DNA of 32,000 nt from Trichodesmium erythraeum IMS101. GTDB lineage: Bacteria > Cyanobacteriota > Cyanobacteriia > Cyanobacteriales > Microcoleaceae. The stretch covers positions 5,070,001 through 5,102,000 of the forward strand of contig NC_008312.1 in assembly GCF_000014265.1 (NCBI RefSeq). Reading direction: 5' to 3'. Every line of letters starts with the position of its first letter. Positions within the stretch are counted from its first letter, which is position 1. Under the pieces are notes generated by a model that saw nothing but the letters and a program-made list of their open reading frames with translations, was not told the DNA's origin and did not search any database. Of the stretch, positions 10,117-19,425 are shown one piece after another. The translations under genes and the position numbers were made by a program.

Positions 10117-10475
10117 ATGTCAAGTACTTAATTTGAATCAGAATGCTAACCGGAATTCCTAACAGTATAAATGTTTCTATAAAAAAAATACTGGATGAGA
10201 GCTCTATTCTAGTTTTGATTGATTTTTGGGTACCGTAGTGCAGGATATGTCAGATCGTAAGTCCTGTATTTGATAAGTTGATAAAAGAACATGAAAAAAA
10301 ACTAAAGTATTTAAATTAAACACTGAAGAAAATTCTAGTACAGCAAGAATTTATATGACTCGTAGTATTCCTAACTTGATAATTTTCAAGGGATGACTAA
10401 TAGTTGATATGCTCATGGATGCTGTTCTGTTGACTAAATTAGCTAATACTTAAAGAAAAGTACATTCAATCATGA
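10117..10475 (+). pseudogene. Thioredoxin pseudogene (copy A)
   Basis: It is collinear with the intact copies but decayed: VLIDFWVP*CRICQIV in place of [13 protein letters not shown]. There are multiple stops and frameshifts, and the homologous start context (GATTACTTAAATAATG) and stop region are retained. Confidence 0.8.
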
Positions 10476-10581
10476 TTTAACAACAATATTTAAATGAATA
10501 TAATAAATGCATAGAAAAATTTTGAATCATTCTTTGTATTTACATACAATTAAAATTAATGTCATAAAGGATTAATTAGGA

Positions 10582-10959
10582 ATGGAAAAATCAACAGAAA
10601 AAGAAACAAAACAAGATGTGCCACAAGTAACTGATAGTAGTTTCGATAAAGATGTGCTTCATAGTGACATTCCAGTGTTAGTAGATTTCTGGGCACCTTG
10701 GTGTGGGCCATGCAAGATGGTTGCTCCTGTAGTTAGTGAGATAGCACAGCAATTTAAAGACAAAGTCAAAGTAGTGAAATTAAATACTGACGAGAATCCT
10801 AATACAGCAAGCAAGTATGGGATTCGTAGTATTCCTACCTTGATGATATTTAAGGGAGGCCAAAGAGTTGATATGGTTGTGGGTGCCGTTCCTAAGACTA
10901 CATTAGCTAGCACTTTAGAAAAGCACCTTTCAAACGAAGAAAAGCAGACTTCAAAATAA
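10582..10959 (+). CDS. Thioredoxin paralog (copy B), 125 aa, with charged N- and C-terminal extensions.
   Basis: WCGPC active site. The core reads [20 protein letters not shown]...[29 protein letters not shown]. It has an extra [15 protein letters not shown] at the N-terminus and SNEEKQTSK at the C-terminus. Confidence 0.9.
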   Translation: MEKSTEKETKQDVPQVTDSSFDKDVLHSDIPVLVDFWAPWCGPCKMVAPVVSEIAQQFKDKVKVVKLNTDENPNTASKYGIRSIPTLMIFKGGQRVDMVVGAVPKTTLASTLEKHLSNEEKQTSK

Positions 10960-11444
10960 TTTAATAATAATATTTAAGTGAATATAATAAATACATAGAA
11001 AAACTTTTAATCCTTCTTTGTATTTACACAAAATAAAAACTTTGGTGATGTTGTAAAGATTTAATGTGTAAGCTGTTAATAGGTTAAGTATTGCATTTTC
11101 TTTATAATAGTCTTAAATCACATAGCCATTATTAAATCTTCTTTTCTCATTAAATTCCCAATCATCTTTGGTTTAATTATCAAAAGATACCGAGTTAATT
11201 CAGAAGAAATATAATTCTAAGTTATAATCACAAGGTTTGGCTATCCTGTGTTGTTCCTCAAAAACAACCGTGGTTGGATAGAGATAATGAGTATATTGCA
11301 ACATAGACTTTTAAAACAATTGTTTCAGAATCTATAAACATGTGAAAAAGTCTTGGTTAATCAAATTTTTAATATACACTTATTCCAGACGATAGCATAG
11401 TTTAACTAACTTAACTAAAATCAATATAAGAGGATTACTTAGGA

Positions 11445-11774
11445 ATGTCAAATACAAATCCAGTAACTGATGCTAGTTTCAAGGAAGAGGTGCTTGAGAG
11501 TAATATTCCAGTGTTAGTAGATTTCTGGGCACCTTGGTGCGGGCCATGCAGGATGGTTGCTCCTGTAGTTGAAGATATATCAAAGCAATATGAAGGACAA
11601 GTCAAAGTAGTGAAATTAAATACTGACGAGAATCCTAATGTAGCAAGCCAGTATGGGATTCGTAGTATTCCTACCTTGATGATATTTAAGGGAGGGGAAA
11701 GAGTTGATATGGTTGTGGGTGCCGTTCCTAAGACTACATTAGCTAATACTTTAGACAAATACATTGAAAAATGA
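11445..11774 (+). CDS. trxA: Thioredoxin, m-type (copy C), 109 aa
   Basis: Canonical length and sequence for cyanobacterial TrxA: [34 protein letters not shown]...[34 protein letters not shown]. Confidence 0.95.
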   Translation: MSNTNPVTDASFKEEVLESNIPVLVDFWAPWCGPCRMVAPVVEDISKQYEGQVKVVKLNTDENPNVASQYGIRSIPTLMIFKGGERVDMVVGAVPKTTLANTLDKYIEK

Positions 11775-11865
11775 TTTAGTAACAATATTGAAGTGAATAT
11801 AATAAATACATAGAATAATTTTTATCATTCTTTGTATTTACAAACAATCAAAGACTAAAACCATC

Positions 11866-11981
11866 AGGTAGCAAGCGACTACGGGAGTCGTCGTATTTCT
11901 ACCTTGATTACTTTTAAGGGAGAGCCAACAGTTGATATTTGTGGGTGCTCTTCTGTTGATTATATTGGTGCTTTAGAATAG
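11866..11981 (+). pseudogene. Thioredoxin 3' fragment (copy D); the 5' ~60% is deleted.
   Basis: It translates as VASDYGSRRISTLITFKGEPTVDICGCSSVDYIGALE*, which aligns with [30 protein letters not shown]... It follows the same 3' motif that separates copies A and B. Confidence 0.7.
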
Positions 11982-12228
11982 TATTTTTAATTAACTCGTT
12001 GTCTAAGCCTGAAAATATCCGGGAGGAAGTTAAACAGCTAGTATTTACCCCTAGACTGAAATATTACTCACGGATTTTAATTTATACTCAAAAAGTTAGT
12101 ATGATTGTAATAGGTTAAGAATAAAGTTTGTTGTAATGACAAGATAGGTAGTGAAATTATATTCTGGCTATTAGTATATGGGGTCTAATTCATACAACAA
12201 TGGAACAGCCAAGCAACATTGAAAATTT

Positions 12229-13074
12229 ATGTGGAAACATGTAATCATTACAGGTGGCTCTAGTGGTATAGGTAAAGAAATAGCTAAACTTTTAGCAGGT
12301 GTTGGAAGCAATATAGCAATTATCGCTCGTAATGCTCAAAAATTAGAAGCAGCAAGAGTAGAAATAGCTGCTAATGTTATTAACCCAAAACAGAAGATTA
12401 TTACTACACCTATAAATGTTGCTAATAGATTAGAGGTAGAAAATGGGATTCACCAAGCTATTAAGGAAATAGGTGTTCCAGATTTATTAATTACTGCTGC
12501 AGGTATCTCTTATCCTGGTTATTTTCAGAAGTTACCAATAGAAATATTTGAAGAAACAATGGCAATTAATTATTTTGGTTCCCTCTATTGTGTACGAGCA
12601 GTTTTGCCCATGATGGAACAACAAAAAAAAGGACAAATAGTGATGATTTCTTCTGGTGCTGGTTTGATCGGAATTTATGGTTATACTCCCTATTGTCCTA
12701 GTAAGTTTGCTATTCGAGGTTTAGCAGAATCTTTGCGGGGAGAATTGAAGTTGTCTGGAATTTCTGTTTCTGTTGTTTACCCACCAGATACGGATACCCC
12801 ACAGTTAGAAGAAGAGAATAAAACTAAGCCTTTAGAAACTAAAAATATTACTGCTACTTCTGGGGTATGGAATGCCAGAGATATTGCTGTTAAAATATTG
12901 CGGGGAGTTAGGAAAAAAAGTTTTGTAATTACTCCGGGTTTAGAAATGACTTTGTTAGATAAATTTCATAGTCTATTAGCTCCAATAATTCAGTGGTATA
13001 TGGATTTAATTGTGCTTAAAACTATCAAAAAAGGCTTAAGCGCTACGAGGAAGTCAGAAGTTAGTAATCACTAG
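12229..13074 (+). CDS. Short-chain dehydrogenase/reductase, 3-ketodihydrosphingosine reductase (KDSR/Tsc10)-like
   Basis: TGGSSGIGK cofactor motif and the [15 protein letters not shown] catalytic YxxxK. [23 protein letters not shown] closely resembles the KDSR segment as I recall it ([22 protein letters not shown]). Confidence 0.85.
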   Translation: [281 protein letters not shown]

Positions 13075-13329
13075 ATTTCAACATTTAGTAATATTTGGGC
13101 GCTATGGTTAGACTGTTATAAATAGGGCTTGCTTAAAAGGTATGTATCGGTTCAGGTAGAACTCATAACTTAGGAGAAATGGGAATTAATTAGGAGGTAG
13201 TTGGATAGATTTTCCCTTGTCACTGTCTACTAATGAGATCGCAAACAAGACCTTCCTTATATGAGTTTTCTAGAGTTAAAAGCTTGTACTTTTTTCGTGA
13301 CTGCCTAGTTATTAGTAATGGAGGTAGAC

Positions 13330-13720
13330 AAAAAAAATACATCATCAAGTAGCGCTATAGTAATAAACTAACGACAGATTATAATTATGCTTAGAAGCAG
13401 TGGAAAGAAAAGAATGGATGTTGACAAATGAAACTGCTTTTCTCAAAGGAATGAAAGCAACCTGAAATTTTCTGCTTCCACTTCATCATGTGTAAATTAA
13501 GTTCTACTTGATTATTGTATTGATCCAGGAAATATCTAGTTCCATCAAAAAAGGCAAAACATCACTCTGGAAATTGTGCAGACGCAACAATAAGTTATGA
13601 CCCACACGTCGTTTTTTTACTCGCTCTACTTGGGCAGTTACCTTTTTTAAACACGAAAGTGCACTAGCCTTTAGAAGTCAATTCTTTGGGAGTTCATCAG
13701 CCAACCTCAAATAAATTTCT
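13330..13720 (-). pseudogene. IS66-family-like transposase, C-terminal remnant
   Basis: The minus strand reads CFAFFDGTRYFLDQYNNQVELNLHMMKWKQKISGCFHSFEKSSFICQH. After a frameshift it continues IHSFLSTASKHNYNL. This matches the F..D..VPFxNNxAExxxRMxKxKQKISGxFRS...F..IRSYxSTxxKxG block. No intact ORF remains. Confidence 0.55.
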
Positions 13721-13975
13721 ACTATGACTCGATCCTCGCTCCTCCTAATTAACTATCTAATTATGCTAATGCTACTGGATTTTATATAACAGCAGGTTTC
13801 ATCAAGCTTGAGGTACAGCTATCCTAGAAAAATATGCCTACAATACTTTAATCATGAATATTTGGTACTTCCTAGACTTGGAACCTGCTGTAAAATCTAA
13901 ATTTATAATTCTTGATAATTCATTTTTTTAGTGATTAGCGATCGCCAACAAAAATTTAGTTTTTTGAACTACTGA

Positions 13976-16900
13976 TTATTTTTTTAATTTTCTCATCATT
14001 TTTATTACTTCTTGATAATCATCATTTTGACCTTGTTTTTGATATATATCAGCAGCTTTTTGAAGGTCATCTAGTCCCCCCTGATTATCTTCAGTGTCAT
14101 AACGAAGCATAGCGCGATTACGATAATATCTTGCATCTGTAGGTTCAAGTTTAATTGCTTCTGTACAATCATCTATTGCCTGTTGATTATCCCCTATTTT
14201 ATAATTAGAAATAGCTCGATGATAATAAGTATTTGCATCTTTAGGATTAATTTTAATGGCTTCAGTAAAATCAGCTATTGCTCCATAAAACTCTTGAATT
14301 TCATAAAGACAAATACCTCGATAATTATAAGCATCTACATCTTTAGGATTAGCTTGTATGACTGTAGTAAAATCTTCAATAGCAAGTTTGTAATCTTTGA
14401 TGACACTATAGTAAAGATATCCTCTGTTGCTACAAGCATCAAGGTTAGTGGGATTAATTGTAATCGCAGCAGTAAAATCATCAAGTCCCCCCTGATAATC
14501 TTCTAAACAGGAACGAGCAATGCCCCTTTTATTGAAATAGATGGCTTCATCAGGATTAAGTTGGAGAGCTTCAGTAAAGTCAGCTTTCGCCTCCTGATAA
14601 TTTTTATGTTGAAAGAATATTTCCCCTCGCTGGTAGTATATATGAGCCTGATTTGGATGTAGTTGAAGTTCTTCAGTTAAGCTTTGGATAGTCTCTTGTG
14701 TATCTTTTTGAGACAAAGTTTTTTCTTGTTGGTAGTCAGCATTACTATGCTTAAAATCAGTAATTTTGCCTTGAGTATTTATTGCTAAATTTTCATCTAC
14801 TGGTACCTCTGAAGATGTCTGTGAATCAACATCAGCCTGAATTTCTGGAGATTTTTCAGATTCAACATCAGTCTGAGTTTGAGTTTCTAAATTTTCATCT
14901 ACTGATACTTCTGAAGATGTCTGTGAATCAACATCAGCCTGAATTTCTGGAGATTTTTCAGATTCAACATCAGTCTGGGTTTGAGTTTTTAAATTTTCAT
15001 CTACTGGTACCTCTGAAGATGTCTGTGAATCAACATCAGCCTGAATTTCTGGAGATTTTTCAGATTCAACATCAGTCTGGGTTGGAGTTTTTAAATTTTC
15101 ATCTACTGGTACCTCTGAAGATGTCTGTGAATCAACATCAGCCTGAATTTCTGGAGATTTTTCAGATTCAACATCAGTCTGGGTTGGAGTTTTTAAATTT
15201 TCATCTACTGGTACCTCTGAAGATGTCTGTGAATCAACATCAGCCTGAATTTCTGGAGATTTTTCAGCTTCAACATCAGTCTGGGTTTGAGTTTCTAAAT
15301 TTTCATCTACTGGTACCTCTGAAGATGTCTGTGAATCAACATCAGCCTGAATTTCTGGAGATTTTTCAGCTTCAACATCAGTCTGGGTTTGAGTTTCTAA
15401 ATTTTCATCTACTGATACTTCTGAAGATGTCTGTGAATCAACATCAGCCTGAATTTCTGGAGATTTTTCAGCTTCAACATCAGTCTGGGTTTGAGTTTCT
15501 AAATTTTCATCTACTGATACTTCTGAAGATGTCTGTGAATCAACATCAGCCTGAATTTCTGGAGATTTTTCAGCTTCAACATCAGTCTGGGTTTGAGTTT
15601 CTAAATTTTCATCTACTGATACTTCTGAAGATGTCTGTGAATCAACATCAGCCTGAATTTCTGGAGATTTTTCAGCTTCAACATCAGTCTGGGTTTGAGT
15701 TTTTAAATTTTCATCTACTGGTACCTCTGAAGATGTCTGTGAATCAACATCAGCCTGAATTTCTGGAGATTTTTCAGATTCAACATCAGTCTGAGTTTGA
15801 GTTTCTAAATTTTCATCTACTGATACTTCTGAAGATGTCTGTGAATCAACATCAGCCTGAATTTCTGGAGATTTTTCAGATTCAACATCAGTCTGGGTTT
15901 GAGCTTCTAAATTTTCATCTACTGGTACCTCTGAAGATGTCTGTGAATCAACATCAGCCTGAATTTCTGGAGATTTTTCAGATTCAACATCAGTCTGGGT
16001 TTGAGTTTTTAAATTTTCATCTACTGGTACCTCTGAAGATGTCTGTGAATCAACATCAGCCTGAATTTCTGGAGATTTTTCAGCTTCAACATCAGTCTGG
16101 GTTTGAGTTTTTAAATTTTCATCTACTGATACTTCTGAAGATGTCTGTGAATCAACATCAGCCTGAATTTCTGGAGATTTTTCAGCTTCAACATCAGTCT
16201 GAGTTGTCGTTGCTAAAGTTTCATCTACTGATACCTCTTGAGATTTTTTGGTTTCAACATCAGTCTGAGTTGTCGTTGCCAAAGTTTCATCTACTGGTAT
16301 ACCTCTCCGTAAATAACGATTTAAAAGCCTTTTCAGAAGGGGCTGGGTTTCTGAAGATCTTTCAGTTTCAACATTAGTCTGAGTTGTCGTTGCCAAAGTT
16401 TCATCTACTGATACCTCTGAAGATTTTTCGGTTTCAACATCAGTCTGAGTTGTCGTTGCTAAAGTTTCATCTACTGATACCTCTGAAGATTTTTCGGTTT
16501 CAACATCAGTCTGAGTTGTCGTTGCCAAAGTTTCATCTACTGATACCTCTGAAGATTTTTCGGTTTCAACATCAGTCTGAGTTGTCGTTGCTAAAGTTTC
16601 ATCTACTGACAGCTCTGAAGATTTTTCGGTTTCAACATCAGTCTGAGTTTCTGAAGATTTTTCGGTTTCAACATCAGTCTGAGTTGTCGTTGCTAAAGTT
16701 TCATCTACTGACAGCTCTGAAGATTTTTCGGTTTCAACATCAGTCTGAATTTCTGAAGATTTTTCAGTTTCAACATCAGTCTGAATTTCTGAAGATTTTT
16801 CAGTTTCAACATCAGTCTGAGTTGTAGTTGGCAAAGTTTCATCTACTGATGTACCCTTACGTAAATAAGGATTTAACCACCTTTTCAGAAAGTTAGGAGC

Positions 16901-17698
16901 TGAATTTTCCGAAGTTTTTAATGCTTCTGGAGACTGTTGTTGCTTTTCCACATCAGACTCAATTTCTTGAGATTTTTCCATCTCAATATTAGTCTGAGAT
17001 GTTTGTATTAAAGTCTCTTCTAAGGCTACTTTTGAAGGTTTTTCCTCCTCTACATCAGACTCAATTCCTGAAGATTTTTGCATCTCAATGTTAGTCTGAG
17101 ATGTTTGTGTTAAATTCTCCTCTAAAGCTACTTTTGGAGGTTTTTCTTCTTCCACATTAGTTTGAGGTGTTTGTGTCAAAGTCTCATTGGCAGATGATTC
17201 AGACTGAGGTTTAATCAATGTAGTAATATACTCTCGCCTTTTATTGGCTAAGTTATAACTAGGATTAATTGTTAGAGCTTGTGTGTAATCTGCAATAGCT
17301 TTTTCATAATCTGAAGTTGCCTCATATACAAAACCTCTATTGTAATAGCTATCAGCATCATTAGGGTTCAGTCGAAGTGCTTCAGTTACATCAGTGAGTG
17401 CGTCCTGATAACGACCTATTTGAGAAAGAGCTATACCACGATTATTGTAGACACTGCTGTTATTAGGGTCAATTTTAATTGCTTCAGTGTAGTCAGAAAT
17501 TGCACCCTGATAATCTTCCATTTGATGCTTGGCCACCCCTCGACTGTAGTAGAGTTCAGCATTACTGGATTTTATTTCTATTACTCTACTATAATCAGCA
17601 ATTGCATCCTGATAATTTGCTAATTGATAATTCGCGATAGCCCGCTCATAAATAGCTATAATATCATTATCTTCTATGTTAGTTTTAGTATTTTCCAT
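13976..17698 (-). CDS. TPR-repeat protein (1240 aa) with a very long acidic tandem-repeat core
   Basis: TPR motifs occupy both ends (for example YYSRGVAKHQMEDYQGAISDYTEAIKIDPNN and AYNYRGICLYEIQEFYGAIADFTEAIKINPKD). The central ~780 aa is E/D/T/Q/S-rich repeat sequence. It is a single uninterrupted ORF. Confidence 0.9.
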   Translation of the reverse strand: MENTKTNIEDNDIIAIYERAIANYQLANYQDAIADYSRVIEIKSSNAELYYSRGVAKHQMEDYQGAISDYTEAIKIDPNNSSVYNNRGIALSQIGRYQDALTDVTEALRLNPNDADSYYNRGFVYEATSDYEKAIADYTQALTINPSYNLANKRREYITTLIKPQSESSANETLTQTPQTNVEEEKPPKVALEENLTQTSQTNIEMQKSSGIESDVEEEKPSKVALEETLIQTSQTNIEMEKSQEIESDVEKQQQSPEALKTSENSAPNFLKRWLNPYLRKGTSVDETLPTTTQTDVETEKSSEIQTDVETEKSSEIQTDVETEKSSELSVDETLATTTQTDVETEKSSETQTDVETEKSSELSVDETLATTTQTDVETEKSSEVSVDETLATTTQTDVETEKSSEVSVDETLATTTQTDVETEKSSEVSVDETLATTTQTNVETERSSETQPLLKRLLNRYLRRGIPVDETLATTTQTDVETKKSQEVSVDETLATTTQTDVEAEKSPEIQADVDSQTSSEVSVDENLKTQTQTDVEAEKSPEIQADVDSQTSSEVPVDENLKTQTQTDVESEKSPEIQADVDSQTSSEVPVDENLEAQTQTDVESEKSPEIQADVDSQTSSEVSVDENLETQTQTDVESEKSPEIQADVDSQTSSEVPVDENLKTQTQTDVEAEKSPEIQADVDSQTSSEVSVDENLETQTQTDVEAEKSPEIQADVDSQTSSEVSVDENLETQTQTDVEAEKSPEIQADVDSQTSSEVSVDENLETQTQTDVEAEKSPEIQADVDSQTSSEVPVDENLETQTQTDVEAEKSPEIQADVDSQTSSEVPVDENLKTPTQTDVESEKSPEIQADVDSQTSSEVPVDENLKTPTQTDVESEKSPEIQADVDSQTSSEVPVDENLKTQTQTDVESEKSPEIQADVDSQTSSEVSVDENLETQTQTDVESEKSPEIQADVDSQTSSEVPVDENLAINTQGKITDFKHSNADYQQEKTLSQKDTQETIQSLTEELQLHPNQAHIYYQRGEIFFQHKNYQEAKADFTEALQLNPDEAIYFNKRGIARSCLEDYQGGLDDFTAAITINPTNLDACSNRGYLYYSVIKDYKLAIEDFTTVIQANPKDVDAYNYRGICLYEIQEFYGAIADFTEAIKINPKDANTYYHRAISNYKIGDNQQAIDDCTEAIKLEPTDARYYRNRAMLRYDTEDNQGGLDDLQKAADIYQKQGQNDDYQEVIKMMRKLKK
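14775..16205 (-). repeat. Coding tandem repeat, 14 copies of 102 bp (34 aa: E[AS]EKSPEIQADVDSQTSSEV[SP]VDENL[EK]TQTQTDV)
   Basis: TTTCATCTAC recurs at 14791, 14893 and onward with a 102-bp period. I counted 14 units in the translation, differing at about 4 positions. Confidence 0.95.
16206..16850 (-). repeat. Coding tandem repeats of a related 66-bp (22 aa) / 33-bp family (VDETLATTTQTDVETEKSSEVS)
   Basis: GAGTTGTCGTTGC recurs at 16381, 16447 and 16513 (66-bp period). Shorter QTDVETEKSSEI units are interspersed. Confidence 0.9.
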
Positions 17699-18133
17699 TG
17701 TCTTTAGTATATTATATTATCTCTAAAATCTTCAATCTTTAAGCATTTTCAAATGAGATGTAAAACAAGATTTGGTTATTTAACTAATAGTAAAAATCCA
17801 AACCAATTGTATTACCTGTTGCTTATTGTCTGAATGCTTTTTAGCTGAAAGCACCAGGTCTTTTACGTAACTCAAATAAAATTGCTACACTATTATAATA
17901 TATTCTTTTCCTATAGATTAATCCCATAGCAGAATTTGATATAAGAAAAATTCATGTGTTAGTCAATAATGTACCTAAAGTTAGACTTATTTGATTATTT
18001 TGCGTATATAAAATTTAATATGAGTTTTTATACAGACAATAGTTATACTATCTTTAATACTAAAATACGGGAATTTAAATTATAGATAATTTCATACAAA
18101 TTTAAATCTGAGATTACTGACATAGAAGTTAAA

Positions 18134-19090
18134 TTAAAAAGGATGCTTTTCATAGTTAACCGGTTTACTCTTCCAATATCTAACGCAAGGTGTTAAGGTA
18201 ATTAAGTCTTCAATATTATGGTGCATTGTAGTGCAAATAGAATCCAAGGGTAAATCATTAGGATCATAGCCAAAAGGATTTTCTATTTCTAAGGCAATTT
18301 CTTCAATTCCCAATACAGTAAAACTGATTATAGCAACTACCAAGCCAGTCCAAAAATAAAATTGATTGACTATTTGAAACGGTAATAATAGACAGTAAAT
18401 TAACAATAATTGTCTCAAATGAATTGAGTAAGCTAAAGGAATAGGTGTCTTTAAAATTCCCTCACAACTTGTTAAGGCTTCAACCATTTTATCTAATAGC
18501 TGAAACAGTGCAGTAAGTTGATATGGATTAACACAACCACGTTTATATTGATTCTGAAGATAATCACCTATTAAAAAAGCAATATGAATGGGAGGATGAT
18601 TCATTTTTTTTATTTTTTCATACCACTTTTTAGGCATATATCCCTGTAATTCTAAATTGATTTTTTGACAGCGCAAATGTAATTTACTAGCTATAGCAAA
18701 AGCTACTAATAATCGAATTATTTCCTCTTTTTCCTCTCTATCTGCCTGATTGTTTTCTTCAACTGTTACCCAAATTTGCCGTGCAAAATTACGAACTATG
18801 TTAACAATATTTCCCCATAACTGTCGTCCTTGCCAGAATCTTTCATAAGCTGTATTTGTTCGAAAAACTAATAGTAAACCTAATACTAAACTAGGAACAA
18901 TACTATTTTTAATTGGCAAGGTAACAGGAAAATTGAGGTAGTAAAGTATAGAAATAATAAAACCAAATAATCCGCAGAATATCACTCTGAAAATAATTGA
19001 GGGAATAACAGAATATTGCATTTGAAAAATAACTGTTAACCATTCTCGCTTTTCTCTATATAAATTAGATTGAACCTTGTTTGTAGACAT
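18134..19090 (-). CDS. Bestrophin/UPF0187 (YneE-like) family membrane channel protein
   Basis: FRTNTAYERFWQGRQLWGNIVNIVRNFARQ, TPIPLAYSIHL and ENPFGYDPNDLPLDSIC match the conserved blocks of bacterial bestrophin homologues. There are several TM segments. Confidence 0.85.
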   Translation of the reverse strand: MSTNKVQSNLYREKREWLTVIFQMQYSVIPSIIFRVIFCGLFGFIISILYYLNFPVTLPIKNSIVPSLVLGLLLVFRTNTAYERFWQGRQLWGNIVNIVRNFARQIWVTVEENNQADREEKEEIIRLLVAFAIASKLHLRCQKINLELQGYMPKKWYEKIKKMNHPPIHIAFLIGDYLQNQYKRGCVNPYQLTALFQLLDKMVEALTSCEGILKTPIPLAYSIHLRQLLLIYCLLLPFQIVNQFYFWTGLVVAIISFTVLGIEEIALEIENPFGYDPNDLPLDSICTTMHHNIEDLITLTPCVRYWKSKPVNYEKHPF

Positions 19091-19425
19091 ATTAGTTTAG
19101 CCAAATTAGACAAAATCAGATTAGTCTATACATTCATAGAAACCTATAGCTAAAATCAAAATTCAGAAGTTAAATTCGCAGCATGGGCTAGACTTGAGGA
19201 ATGGGAAAATTTCTTAATAGTAATAGCCTCTTCTCTAAATTAATTAGACTATCCTTTTTATAAAAGATAAAGGTGAATATAAAAAAGGATAATTTTTGAG
19301 AAAAATTTAAAGGATAGTGAAGTAAAGTTTAATACTAATCTCTATTGCGTTAACTCCAAAACTGATCAAACTTTTTACCTCATCAACTTCCAAACCAGTG
19401 TCATACCACTGTGTTTTAAATAAAA

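Larger units (their letters stand above)
9581..11981 (+). repeat. Segmental tandem duplication of the thioredoxin locus: [upstream module - trx - trx] repeated twice.
   Basis: The upstream module at 9581-10116 is recognisably repeated at 11041-11444 (AGGTTAAGTATT..., ATAATCA[TC]AAGGTTTGG, GGATAGAGATAA, TGTGAAAAAGTCT, AACTAA..AATCAA.ATAA.AGGATTACTTA..AATG). Four trx-derived segments follow the same ribosome-binding context or 3' motif. Confidence 0.85.

Noticed and set aside
10659-11785. Minus-strand ORFs 10659-10913 and 11435-11785
   Set aside because: They are antisense shadows of the two intact thioredoxin genes, whose WCGPC-containing plus-strand frames are unambiguous.
14782-16827. Long plus-strand ORFs (14782-16377, 531 aa; 16384-16827, 147 aa), together with 14183-14506 and 17420-17623
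   Set aside because: They are antisense to the TPR/acidic-repeat gene. They stay open only because the repeat unit lacks stops in that frame. Their translations are low-complexity (FHLL.., QHQ..) with no start context. The minus-strand ORF has clear TPR homology.
4064-16850. The regular tandem repeats (393-bp, 102-bp, 66-bp) considered as possible CRISPR arrays
   Set aside because: The units abut each other with no unique spacers, and they lie entirely within long ORFs that translate into coherent protein repeats. No cas genes are present in the window.
19160-19375. IS630-like TIR-resembling strings (AGAAGTTAAATTCGCAGC near 19172; ATTGCGTTAACTCCAAAACTGATC near 19345)
   Set aside because: Their orientations face away from each other, so they do not delimit an element. 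The similarity to the 7583 end is partial. They may be solo relics or chance matches.
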